DNA of 64,000 nucleotides from Rickettsia typhi (GCA_945862455.1 CAMAXU010000002.1:257-64256); one strand, 5' to 3'; positions 29,670 through 39,064 are shown, counted from the stretch's first letter. Made by a program: numbers and translations. The notes: generated by a model not told the origin, from the sequence alone.

Positions 29670-30329
29670 TTAATTGAATTTTTTTAAGAATTTTTTAAGG
29701 GGTTCTAAAGCTTTGTGATCGAGGTTCCAATAGCCAACTTTTTCATCCGCAACAACTCCAACATTGTTAAAACCTTTTTGAATTCCGATTGCTGAAATTA
29801 AAAGTTGCGAGCGCAATTTATCTTTTTTATTGATTGAAGGTTTTGCGCCCAAACATTTTAAATAATCATCGACGCAGCTAGATTTTTCAGTAATTTTTTT
29901 GGTGGCGCATTGCAAAAAAAGTGAGTCCAAATTGCCGTCGTTTTTGTTGTCGGGCAAAATAAAGAAATCAATTTCTTTATTTTTGAATTCTTTTTTTAGC
30001 TTAGAAATAAGGGGATTTAGAGTGTTTTTAGTTTTCTGAAATCCGTCGTAGGATTTTTTATTTTCCTTAAAATCAGCATCACAAATTAACAAAATTTTTT
30101 TGGGATTTTCTGAAGTTTTATCGATTAAATTTTTAATATTTTTAATCGTGAACTCATGCTCTTTTCCAAAAAAATCTGTTTTTCCTCCACGAGGAGAAAT
30201 TTTTTCTATCTGAAATCTTGTCTCGTCCAGCCCTACTTTTTTACAAATTTCGAAAGTGAATTTTTTATCGCTTTCACCTTCAACGATTATTCCTATTTCT
30301 TTTTCAAAAATATTTTGTTCGTTTTTCAT
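29670..30329 (-). CDS. small Toprim-like protein (DUF4435/DUF4276/RloB-type), partner of upstream ATPase
   Basis: N-terminal strand [13 protein letters not shown] (Toprim Glu), ILLICDADF (DxD), a later acidic patch [14 protein letters not shown]. Its start shares one base with the ATPase stop (TAATG). Its stop is 2 nt before the prfA ATG. Confidence 0.6.
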   Translation of the reverse strand: MKNEQNIFEKEIGIIVEGESDKKFTFEICKKVGLDETRFQIEKISPRGGKTDFFGKEHEFTIKNIKNLIDKTSENPKKILLICDADFKENKKSYDGFQKTKNTLNPLISKLKKEFKNKEIDFFILPDNKNDGNLDSLFLQCATKKITEKSSCVDDYLKCLGAKPSINKKDKLRSQLLISAIGIQKGFNNVGVVADEKVGYWNLDHKALEPLKKFLKKFN

Positions 30330-31414
30330 TATCTAACCTCCAAGCCAGATTCAACTTTGGCTTCAATTTCTTCGGCATTGTAATCGCCAACCAAAATTTC
30401 TTCTTTGCTTGTCTTTCTAATTTTAAAAAGCCGAATCTCATCTTCGCCCAAATCTTTTTTGCCCCTTCTTTCAAAAACCTTGCTCAACGCTGCAACCGAT
30501 TCATCTGAATGAGTTGTGGCAAAAATTTGCAGATTTTTATTTTTTTTCAAAAACTCAAACATAACTTCCCAAAAAATCTCTTGTTTGCTGGGGTGAAGTC
30601 CGTTGCCGATTTCGTCAATTGAAATTATTGCGGCTTCATCTTTTAAATTTTCAATCGTTAACAGAATTGAAAGAAATCTTACGAAGCCAGTTCCCATATA
30701 AGAAAAAGACACGGTTGATTTATCGTTTTTTTCAAAAATCAAATCATCGCCTGCTTGCTTTATGTTGCAAAGTTCGGGCTCAAATATTTTTAATATTTTA
30801 ACATATTCACTTTCTCTGCTGGCTCGCGCTATCGGCACAAATTGTTTAACAATTTGCTGACCTTTTGGCGTTGTATCAGAAATAAAAATATGTTTTACGC
30901 CAAAGCTTTCGCCAATGGTTTTACCGGTTCCATTGGTTGAAAGACCTAATTTTTGTGAATCTTTGCCAAGTGAATATTTGGCAATAAAGCTGTTGATTTC
31001 TGAAATGCGCTGATCCTGCGTGTTAATTACTTGATCAAACTTTTCATAATCTTTACTCAAACAAACTTCTAGAGATAATTTTTTTTCAGATTTTTTTGCT
31101 CCAGATTTTGCAAAGATAGACTCTATTTTGAAAGGTTCGGTGTAGTTTCCATTATAAAATTGCTTATCAAGAGATGGCAAATTTATCATAGAATCTACGC
31201 TGTTTTTATCTTTATTAATTTGCATGTATCCAAGCTCGCGCATCGCGACGATTCGAAAAAAAGTAACTAAATTTGGATAAAGAATTGTCGTGGCTTCAAG
31301 CACACTCGTTTTCCCCGAATTATTATCGCCAACCAGCAAATTAATCCGCTTAAAATCTTTAATTTTTAAGTCTTTAATGCCGCGATAATTTTGGATGTGA
31401 ATGTCTTTTATCAT
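30329..31414 (-). CDS. ABC-type AAA ATPase (AAA_15/AAA_21 class; AriA/AbiLi/OLD-N-like)
   Basis: Start set at MIKDIHIQNYRGIKDL. Walker A GDNNSGKTSVLEA, signature-like YMGTGFVRFLSIL, Walker B IISIDEIGNGLHP, H-loop FATTHSDE. Confidence 0.75.
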   Translation of the reverse strand: MIKDIHIQNYRGIKDLKIKDFKRINLLVGDNNSGKTSVLEATTILYPNLVTFFRIVAMRELGYMQINKDKNSVDSMINLPSLDKQFYNGNYTEPFKIESIFAKSGAKKSEKKLSLEVCLSKDYEKFDQVINTQDQRISEINSFIAKYSLGKDSQKLGLSTNGTGKTIGESFGVKHIFISDTTPKGQQIVKQFVPIARASRESEYVKILKIFEPELCNIKQAGDDLIFEKNDKSTVSFSYMGTGFVRFLSILLTIENLKDEAAIISIDEIGNGLHPSKQEIFWEVMFEFLKKNKNLQIFATTHSDESVAALSKVFERRGKKDLGEDEIRLFKIRKTSKEEILVGDYNAEEIEAKVESGLEVR

Positions 31415-31508
31415 GACTAAATTTCTTTGTTGAAATGTTGACTGCTGCGAATGAGAATAGGCGCAAAATAGGCTCTTCATAGTCCAATCCTCAAATTAAA
31501 AATCAATC

Positions 31509-33080
31509 ATGGTCACAAAGAACAAAGAAAATTTTTACGTAACTTCCCCAATTTATTATGTAAACGACGTGCCACATATCGGTCACGCTTACACTTCAAT
31601 TGCTTGCGACGTGGTGGCGCGTTTTAAAAGATTGAATGATTTTGAAGTGTATTTTTTAACCGGAACTGACGAACACGGGCAAAAAGTTGAAAAATCAGCT
31701 TTGGCGCGCGATAAAAATCCGCAACAATTTTGCGATGAAGTTTCGCAAAAATTTCGCGAATTGGCAAAATTATTGAACTTGTCGAATGATGATTTCATTC
31801 GCACCACTGAAGAGCGTCATAAAAAAGGTGCACAAAAATTTTGGGAAATTTTGGAAGCCAATGGCGCGATTTACAAAGGCACTTATGAAGGTTGGTACGC
31901 GGTGCGCGACGAAGCTTTTTACGTCGAAGATGAATTAATAAATGGCAAAGCCCCAACTGGTGCGGAAGTTACTTGGCACAAAGAAGAAAGTTATTTTTTC
32001 AAGCTTTCGGCTTTTCAAGAAAAATTATTAATGCTTTACGAAGCCGCGCCCGACTTCATTCGCCCGCAATCACGTTTCAACGAAGTTGTGTCTTTCGTAA
32101 AAGGCGGATTGAAAGATTTATCAATTTCGCGCACTTCATTTTCTTGGGGCGTAAAAGTTCCCGGTGTTGAAAAGCACGTGATGTATGTTTGGTTGGACGC
32201 TTTAACTAATTACATTTCGGCACTTGGATTTCCTGATGAAAAAAATGAACTTTTTCAAAAGTTTTGGCATAATACTTCTGAATCTCCGCTGCACATAGTT
32301 GGTAAGGACATTGTACGTTTTCACGCCGTTTATTGGCCAGCCTTTTTGATGGCGGCAAATTTGAATATTCCCCATTCAATTTATGCTCATGGCTGGTGGA
32401 CAAATGAAGGTCAGAAAATTTCTAAATCAGTGGGAAATGTGATTGATCCGCTTCAAGAATTAGAATGGTTGGAGTCTTTTGGCTGTAATCGCGAAACCGC
32501 AATTGATTATTTTAGATATTTCTTGCTGCGCGAAGTTCCGTTTGGCAATGACGGCGATTATTCGCGGATAAGTTTCTTGACCAGAATCAATGCCGAATTG
32601 GCGAATAATATTGGCAATTTAGTGCAAAGATCTTTGTCGATGATTTTTAAAAATAGCGATGCACAAATTGTTGATTTTAGCGGATATTTAGATGCAACGG
32701 ATTTGCTAAAAAGTGCTTACGAATTAAAAGAAAAAATCTCGCAAAAAATGGCGAATTTTGCTTTCGATCAAGCGATTGGAGAAATTTTAGCGCATGCTTC
32801 AAAATGCAACGAGTTCTTTAATATCAAGGCTCCATGGAATTTAAAAAAAGAAAATAAATTAGAAGAAATGAATCTGATTTTATCGGTGATTGCAGAAAAT
32901 CTGCGCGTGATTGCGATTGCACTTCAGCCATTTTGCATAAATTTGGCGCCGAAAATTTTGGATATTTTGCAAGTTGAAGAAAGAGATTTTAGTTTTATCG
33001 ATTCTAAATTCGCACTAAAAGCGGAGCATAAAATTAACGAGCCGAAAGCTGTATTTCCAAGGTTGGAATTAAAAAAATGA
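31509..33080 (+). CDS. metG: methionyl-tRNA synthetase
   Basis: PIYYVNDVPHIGHAYT (HIGH) and KISKSVGN (KMSKS). Confidence 0.96.
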   Translation: MVTKNKENFYVTSPIYYVNDVPHIGHAYTSIACDVVARFKRLNDFEVYFLTGTDEHGQKVEKSALARDKNPQQFCDEVSQKFRELAKLLNLSNDDFIRTTEERHKKGAQKFWEILEANGAIYKGTYEGWYAVRDEAFYVEDELINGKAPTGAEVTWHKEESYFFKLSAFQEKLLMLYEAAPDFIRPQSRFNEVVSFVKGGLKDLSISRTSFSWGVKVPGVEKHVMYVWLDALTNYISALGFPDEKNELFQKFWHNTSESPLHIVGKDIVRFHAVYWPAFLMAANLNIPHSIYAHGWWTNEGQKISKSVGNVIDPLQELEWLESFGCNRETAIDYFRYFLLREVPFGNDGDYSRISFLTRINAELANNIGNLVQRSLSMIFKNSDAQIVDFSGYLDATDLLKSAYELKEKISQKMANFAFDQAIGEILAHASKCNEFFNIKAPWNLKKENKLEEMNLILSVIAENLRVIAIALQPFCINLAPKILDILQVEERDFSFIDSKFALKAEHKINEPKAVFPRLELKK

Positions 33081-33871
33081 AAATAGTTTCTTGGAATATT
33101 AATTCGCTGCGTTTGCGTTTGCCTTTGTTAAAAAAATTTATCGAAGAAGCAAATCCGGATGTAATTTGTTTGCAGGAAATTAAAGTTTCTGATGAGCATT
33201 TTCCGCATTTAGATGTGCGCGCTTTAGGTTATGAATTTGTCGAATTTTCTGGCGAAAAATCTTATAATGGCGTGGCGATTTTATCGAAATTTGCGCTGAC
33301 TAAAATCGAAAAAATTGACATCGAAAATTACGGCCACAAACGCCATATTTCTGGGGCTTTACAGACTAAACAAGGTGAAGTTTTTTTACATAATTTTTAT
33401 GTGCCGGCGGGTGGCGATATTCCTGATATTTCCTTAAATCCAAAATTCGATCACAAGCTAAAATTTATTGATTGGATGAGTCAATATTTTGCGCCGCAAA
33501 AAGATAAAAAAATTATCATTGTCGGTGATATGAACATCGCGCCGCTGGAGCATGACGTTTGGTCGCATAAACAACTTTTAAAAATTGTTTCGCACACGCC
33601 AATTGAAGTTGAAAAAATGACTAACTTGCAAAAAACTTTAAATTGGATTGATACGCATCGTCATTTTGTTGATTCGAATGAAAAACTTTATAGTTGGTGG
33701 AGTTATCGCGCGCAAGATGCGCTTGGTGCTAATAAAGGTCGTCGTCTCGATCACATTTGGGCGACACCAAATTTAAAAGACCAAATCGAATCGATGAAAA
33801 TTTACAAAGATTTTCGTAGCTATAATCAACCTTCAGATCACGTTCCAATCGAAACTATTTTTCAACTTTAA
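33077..33871 (+). CDS. xthA: exodeoxyribonuclease III
   Basis: MKIVSWNINSLR, LQEIK, GDMNIAP, SDHVPI. Confidence 0.93.
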   Translation: MKIVSWNINSLRLRLPLLKKFIEEANPDVICLQEIKVSDEHFPHLDVRALGYEFVEFSGEKSYNGVAILSKFALTKIEKIDIENYGHKRHISGALQTKQGEVFLHNFYVPAGGDIPDISLNPKFDHKLKFIDWMSQYFAPQKDKKIIIVGDMNIAPLEHDVWSHKQLLKIVSHTPIEVEKMTNLQKTLNWIDTHRHFVDSNEKLYSWWSYRAQDALGANKGRRLDHIWATPNLKDQIESMKIYKDFRSYNQPSDHVPIETIFQL

Positions 33872-33881
33872 TTAAAAGAAT

Positions 33882-35024
33882 ATGACTCAATTTACAGATG
33901 ATTTAAGAAATTTTATCAAGGAACGCAATTTTTTGGAGGCTCGAGAAATATTTGGCGGCAAAATTCTAGAAGAAGAAGAAATAAAAGTGGTTAAAGTATT
34001 GTTTAAAGAAGCGCTTGAAAAGCGTGATATAAGAGAAATTGCTGCATTTAACGCTGCAGGAAAAGAGGTTTTTAATATTTTGATTCGAAGTATCATTGCT
34101 CCCAGTGATTTATTAGAAAGAGAATTGGACACTAAGATAAAAAAAATATCTGACATAAATTTTGCCAATGAATGGGAGGAGAAGGTTAAAACTTTCTGCG
34201 ATGATGATAATGAAGAAAGTCGTCAAAAAATTTGTGATTCTATACCTGAAGCAATGCAATGGGAATTTTTCAATGGTATTGAAGATTATCTTGCGCAACA
34301 AGATATTAAGAATGATGTAGAATGTGATCCCTTAGATTCTCCTGATGTTCATAAATTTAAATTCATCCTTTCTTACGGTGGCTTAAAAGCTGCCCAAGAA
34401 GAATTCAAAAAGTCTGATCAGTTGACTCTGACTCACTTGATTTTAAATGATCGGGGTTGTGAAGGATTCGCGAATGCGGTTCGATCTAATAAGCCTAAAA
34501 TAGTGGATCTTGTTCTCGCCAAAGTAGACCAAAAAGATGGATTAAGTATAATAAAACAATCTTTGTCTGGGATTAGTGAAGCTTTTCGAGGTCAAGATGA
34601 TGAGTTAAAGCATATTATAGAAACAATGTTTAAGTCTTTGGATGATGATTTGGTGATTGATTTCATAAATGATTCTCAGCTTGAAGAGGTTTGGCAAAAT
34701 ATGGCAGTTCTTAACCAATTGGGGTCATTGGAGTTCGTTTTAAATAAAGTGGAAGAATGCGATCGATTAGAATTAATAGATATGATCGATGGCAATATAC
34801 GCTACACTCTTCCAGAAGATGATGGCTTTTTAGAAGCTTGGGACGAATTAAAAAATTCTTTAGAAGAGTCGCAAAGCGATATAACCGAGGAGGATTTTGA
34901 GGAGCAGGAATTAGAATCTAATTTAGGCAAAAGATCCTTATCTTCAAAAGGATCAGTTCCAAATTCGTCAACTAATCCTAAAGGGAAAAAAAGAGTGAAG
35001 TCAGATGAACAGAAGGCGTATTAA
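33882..35024 (+). CDS. acidic hypothetical protein with basic C-terminal tail
   Basis: No family recognised. Helical, D/E-rich, ends ..NPKGKKRVKSDEQKAY. It overlaps the tsaE start by 20 nt. Confidence 0.6.
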   Translation: MTQFTDDLRNFIKERNFLEAREIFGGKILEEEEIKVVKVLFKEALEKRDIREIAAFNAAGKEVFNILIRSIIAPSDLLERELDTKIKKISDINFANEWEEKVKTFCDDDNEESRQKICDSIPEAMQWEFFNGIEDYLAQQDIKNDVECDPLDSPDVHKFKFILSYGGLKAAQEEFKKSDQLTLTHLILNDRGCEGFANAVRSNKPKIVDLVLAKVDQKDGLSIIKQSLSGISEAFRGQDDELKHIIETMFKSLDDDLVIDFINDSQLEEVWQNMAVLNQLGSLEFVLNKVEECDRLELIDMIDGNIRYTLPEDDGFLEAWDELKNSLEESQSDITEEDFEEQELESNLGKRSLSSKGSVPNSSTNPKGKKRVKSDEQKAY

Positions 35025-35433
35025 AAATCTTGAAGAGATGTCTAACTTTGCCAAAGAAATTGCAGCTTCGGTAAATATTGGCGATGTGGTTGGCTTAAAG
35101 GGAACTTTAGGTGCCGGGAAAAGTTTCTTCGCAAGGCACTTTATTAATTCTTTATGTGAAAAACCTGTCGAGGTTTTAAGCCCAACTTTTAATTTGGTTT
35201 ATTCATACGAAACCAAGGTCGGCGAGGTTTTTCATTTTGATCTTTATCGTTTAAAAAGTGCCGATGAGTTGGAAAATATCGGTTTTTTTGATGCTTTGCA
35301 TAATGGAATTAGTCTGATTGAATGGCCGGAAATTGCTGAAGGGTTTTTGAAAAAAAATTATCTCGAAATTGAAATAAAAACTATTGCCGCCTCTGACGAA
35401 GAAGTGCGGGAGGTTTTTTTGAAGAAAAAATAA
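35005..35433 (+). CDS. tsaE: tRNA t6A37 biosynthesis ATPase TsaE
   Basis: GLKGTLGAGKSFFARHF P-loop, PTFNLV..Y, HFDLYRL, EW. Confidence 0.88.
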   Translation: MNRRRIKNLEEMSNFAKEIAASVNIGDVVGLKGTLGAGKSFFARHFINSLCEKPVEVLSPTFNLVYSYETKVGEVFHFDLYRLKSADELENIGFFDALHNGISLIEWPEIAEGFLKKNYLEIEIKTIAASDEEVREVFLKKK

Positions 35434-35441
35434 TTGAGTCT

Positions 35442-35640
35442 GTATCTAACTCGTATGGACCCCGTCGTGAAGACGGGGTGACAGTGGAGGTAGATCTTCC
35501 CATACATGTCGTGAAGACGGGGTGACAGTGGAGGTAGATCTTCCCACGCATGTCGTAAAGACGGGGTTACTGTGGAGTGGAGGTAGATCTTCCTCCACTG
35601 TCACCCCGTCTTCACGACGGGGTCCATACGAGCTAGATAC
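35442..35640. repeat. complex nested palindrome, family PE-2, with internal 44-bp tandem repeats
   Basis: 49-bp arms (35442..35490 / 35592..35640, 1 mismatch) containing gaccccgtcgtgaagacggggtgaca. Between them are about 2.9 head-to-tail copies of gtcgtgaagacggggtgacagtggaggtagatcttccca..cat. Confidence 0.9.
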
Positions 35641-35664
35641 ACGATCATAAAATAAATAAATAAA

Positions 35665-36645
35665 ATGGAAAAATTTGAATTTGAAGTTGCTGAAAATGAA
35701 GGTGGAATTCGTCTTGATAAATTCCTGACTGAAAAATTTGCCGAAATAAAACCTGAAATTAACCGCACTAAAGTTCAACATTTGCTGGAAGAAAAACTAG
35801 TTTTGGATGAAGCAGGCAAAGCTTATGTCAGCGCTTCGCAAAAAACAAAAGTTGGACAAAAGTTTTTTGTAACTCCGCTTCCGCCACGTCCGTCGCATTT
35901 AACTGCTAAAGAAATTCCCTTCGAAATTATTTTTGAAGATGACGATTTGTTAGTAATTAATAAACCTGCCGGACTCACTGTTCATCCCGGTGCAGGCAAT
36001 CAAGATGAAACTTTGGTTAACGCACTTTTATTCACGCATCAAGATCGTCTTTCATCAATTTCTGGTGAATTTCGCCCCGGTATTGTGCATCGTTTGGATA
36101 AAGATACATCTGGCTTGATGTTGGTTGCAAAAAACGATTTTACGCACCAAATTTTAAGCCAAAAATTAAAAGACCGCGATATTAAAAGATCATACGCCGC
36201 CTTTGTTTATGGCTATATTTCGCCAGCGCGCGGCATGATTGAAAAAAATATTGTACGCTCAAAAATGAATCGCATGAAAATGTCGATTTCACGAACTTTG
36301 GGACGCGTTGCAATTACCAATTACGAAACCGTGGAAACTTTTCACGAAGGTTTCGCCAGCCTTATTGAATGCAGGTTACAAACTGGTCGTACGCATCAAA
36401 TTCGCATTCACATGGAATCAATTAAACATTCATTAATCGGCGATAAACTTTACAATTCTTGCAAAAAAATGGTGCCGTTAAATTTTTCACCAGAAGCTGT
36501 AAATTTTATAAAAAACTTTCCAAGACAGGCGCTGCATTCATATAAAATAAGCTTCGAGCATCCGCGCACTTTGCAAGAAATGTCTTTTGAAATTGATTTG
36601 CCACAAGATTTAAAAGATCTAAAAGAACATTTAAAAAATGGTTGA
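35665..36645 (+). CDS. rluD: RluA-family 23S rRNA pseudouridine synthase (RluD-like)
   Basis: S4 domain N-terminus, HRLDKDTSGLMLVAK, TGRTHQIRIH. Confidence 0.9.
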   Translation: MEKFEFEVAENEGGIRLDKFLTEKFAEIKPEINRTKVQHLLEEKLVLDEAGKAYVSASQKTKVGQKFFVTPLPPRPSHLTAKEIPFEIIFEDDDLLVINKPAGLTVHPGAGNQDETLVNALLFTHQDRLSSISGEFRPGIVHRLDKDTSGLMLVAKNDFTHQILSQKLKDRDIKRSYAAFVYGYISPARGMIEKNIVRSKMNRMKMSISRTLGRVAITNYETVETFHEGFASLIECRLQTGRTHQIRIHMESIKHSLIGDKLYNSCKKMVPLNFSPEAVNFIKNFPRQALHSYKISFEHPRTLQEMSFEIDLPQDLKDLKEHLKNG

Positions 36646-37534
36646 AAGAATCTTAATAATTTCTGGCGCAACTGCTTGCGGAAAATCTGGCTTGGCGATT
36701 GATTTGAGTGCCGAAAAAGATATTGCAATTATTAACGCTGATTCGCTGCAAATTTACGAAGGGCTGCCGATTTTATCTTCGCAACCGACAAAAGATGAGC
36801 AAAAAAAAGTTCCGCATTTTTTATATTCACATTTTAAACCACAAGAAACTTCATCCGTTGGATCATGGCTTAAGCTTTTAAAATCAAAGGTTGAAGAAGT
36901 TATAAAATTAAAAAAAATGCCCGTAATTGTTGGCGGTAGCGGTATGTACATTTCAAAATTGGTGGATGGAATTTCAGAAATTCCTGAAATTGATGAAGTG
37001 ATTAGAAATAATGCCCGCGAGCTTTATGAAGAAATTGGTCACGTTGAATTTCAGAAAAAATTAGTAGATTTAGGAGAAGATGAAATACTCGACAAGCAAC
37101 GCCTAACAAGGGCTTACGAAGTTTTGCAGCAAACCGGAAAACCGCTTTCTTGGTGGCAACATCAACCGCCAAAAAAGATTTTTGAAAATGTGGAATTTTT
37201 GCATGTAAATCTTGAATTAGAACGCAAAAAACTTTATGAAAATTGTAATTCGCGCTTTGAAAAAATGTTGGAGCTTGGCGCTTTCGAAGAAGTGAAAAAC
37301 CTTGTCAATCAAGGAATTTCAGATGATAAGCAAATTACTAAAACTTTAGGATTTTTAGAAATTCGTGAGTTTTTAAATGAAAGAATGAGTCACCAAAAAA
37401 TGGTAGAAATTGCGACACAAAAAACTCGAAATTATGCCAAAAGACAATTAACTTGGTTTCGTCATCAATTGCCGCAGAAGCATGTGTTTAGTGATTCCGC
37501 TGCAGCATTAAATTTTTTGAAAAATGAAATTTAG
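36638..37534 (+). CDS. miaA: tRNA dimethylallyltransferase
   Basis: ISGATACGKSGLAIDL, NADSLQIY..L.IL..QP, GGSGMY. Confidence 0.92.
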   Translation: MVERILIISGATACGKSGLAIDLSAEKDIAIINADSLQIYEGLPILSSQPTKDEQKKVPHFLYSHFKPQETSSVGSWLKLLKSKVEEVIKLKKMPVIVGGSGMYISKLVDGISEIPEIDEVIRNNARELYEEIGHVEFQKKLVDLGEDEILDKQRLTRAYEVLQQTGKPLSWWQHQPPKKIFENVEFLHVNLELERKKLYENCNSRFEKMLELGAFEEVKNLVNQGISDDKQITKTLGFLEIREFLNERMSHQKMVEIATQKTRNYAKRQLTWFRHQLPQKHVFSDSAAALNFLKNEI

Positions 37535-38252
37535 CGACTGCGGAATTATCATCAGTCAAAAAAAATACGGCGAAAATTCTTTGATCGTGAAAGTTTTTTC
37601 GCAAGAGCATGGTGTTTATCGAGGCTTTGTTCGCTTTGCCAAATCGGCTAAAGATAAGACAATTTTTCAAATCGGAAATTTAATTTCTTTTGAATATAGA
37701 AGTCGCTTGGAAGATAATTTAGGTCAGTTTTGCGCCGTTGATTTGATTCGTTCTTATTGCTCAAAAATCATTTTTGATAAAGTAAAACTCGATTGCGTAA
37801 ATTCATTATTTTCAATAATTGATGAGTCGTTTTTAGAGCGCGAAAACCACAAAAATCTTTTTGAAAAATTACGGCTTTTTATGCATAAAATTGCTGAAGA
37901 AAATGCGCCGAAAGATTTTTTGTCAGATTATGTGCGCTTAGAATTAGAAATTTTAAAAACTCTGGGTTATGGAATTGATTTATCTTCTTGCGCGGTAACT
38001 GATTCAACGGTGAATTTAGCTTTTGTATCACCAAAATCTGCCAGAGCAGTTTCGTTTGAAATTGGTCGACCTTATCAAAATAAATTGTTGAAATTGCCAA
38101 ATTTTTTAACGGCGAATGATGAAGAAATTCAGGATAAGGATTTGCATGATGGCTTGAAGTTGAGTGGATATTTTTTAGAAAAATTTATTTTTGAAAATAA
38201 GCCAGAGAAGCTGGCGAGTAGGAAGAAATTGGAGAAGATTTTTGCTATTTAA
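37524..38252 (+). CDS. recO: DNA repair protein RecO
   Basis: OB-fold N-terminus (GIIISQKKYGENSLIVKVFSQEHGVYRGFVR), size and miaA/era-type neighbourhood. Motifs are modest. Confidence 0.75.
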   Translation: MKFSDCGIIISQKKYGENSLIVKVFSQEHGVYRGFVRFAKSAKDKTIFQIGNLISFEYRSRLEDNLGQFCAVDLIRSYCSKIIFDKVKLDCVNSLFSIIDESFLERENHKNLFEKLRLFMHKIAEENAPKDFLSDYVRLELEILKTLGYGIDLSSCAVTDSTVNLAFVSPKSARAVSFEIGRPYQNKLLKLPNFLTANDEEIQDKDLHDGLKLSGYFLEKFIFENKPEKLASRKKLEKIFAI

Positions 38253-38266
38253 TTAGCTAACAGTTT

Positions 38267-39064
38267 CTAGAACATTAGCATTCCAACCAATTCAACTGGA
38301 TCAATTTTTTTTCCAAAAAGTAGGCATAAAAAAAATGCAAAACAAATCGCTGGAGCAAAAGGAAAAGTTTCATCTTTTTTGATTTTTTGCCACAATATTC
38401 CAAAGATAATTCCACAAATTCCGCTGAGCATCATAAAGGTCAGAAATCCTTGCGCTCCTAGCGCCAATCCTGCGATGAAAAAGAATTTAATATCATCAAT
38501 TCCAATCGCTTCGACTTTTATAGTAAAATAAAAAAATGCCAGAAGCGCCAATCCAAAAGCCATGTAGAGAAAGGCGGCGGGAAGATTGTGTAAAACCAGC
38601 GCATTTCCGCCTTTCATAATTACCAAAATCGTTACCAGAACAGTTAGAAAATATTGAGTGGAATTGGGAATGAAATATTCTTCCAAATCAACAACGCACA
38701 TTACAATCAGTGTGCCAGCAACTAAAAAATAAATTATCATTTTCAGGTCGAGCTGGCGATTTAAAACGAAAAAAATTGTTAAAAAAACTGCTAAAAAACT
38801 TAATTCAATTAATGGATAACGCGCTGAAATTTTAACTTTACAATTACTGCATTTACCGCGTTGAAAAAGCCAAGAAAATACTGGAATTAAATTTCTTATT
38901 TTTAGCGCCACGCCACAATTGGTGCATTTCGAACGCGTAAAAACCATCGGCTGTTTGCGCGCCATTCGATAGCTGATGAGACTGGCAAAACTGCCAAAAA
39001 TTAGGCCAAAAATTGATATTAAAAGAATTTGTTCTAATGGAGCGAATTGAGAAAAAAATTGCAT
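38267..39064 (-). CDS. type IV prepilin leader peptidase (A24 family)
   Basis: CxxC...CxxC N-terminal Zn module (CTNCG..., CSNCKVKISARYPLIE), multiple TM helices with D..EY and GIDDIKF aspartate sites. Confidence 0.85.
   Translation of the reverse strand: MQFFSQFAPLEQILLISIFGLIFGSFASLISYRMARKQPMVFTRSKCTNCGVALKIRNLIPVFSWLFQRGKCSNCKVKISARYPLIELSFLAVFLTIFFVLNRQLDLKMIIYFLVAGTLIVMCVVDLEEYFIPNSTQYFLTVLVTILVIMKGGNALVLHNLPAAFLYMAFGLALLAFFYFTIKVEAIGIDDIKFFFIAGLALGAQGFLTFMMLSGICGIIFGILWQKIKKDETFPFAPAICFAFFLCLLFGKKIDPVELVGMLMF

Noticed and set aside
31415-31480. N-terminal 22 codons of the ATPase ORF
   Set aside because: The conserved ATPase N-terminus (MIKDIHIQNYRGI) begins at the ATG at 31414, so the extension is probably 5' UTR.
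35464-35591. Possible CRISPR array (44-bp direct repeats)
   Set aside because: The repeats are contiguous with no spacers, there are only about 3 units, they are embedded in a larger palindrome, and no cas genes are present.
35446-35781. 111-aa ORF on the minus strand
   Set aside because: It is a translation of the PE-2 palindrome and tandem repeats (hence the repeated ..DLPPL.. segments), and it runs into the rluD start region. There is no independent coding evidence.
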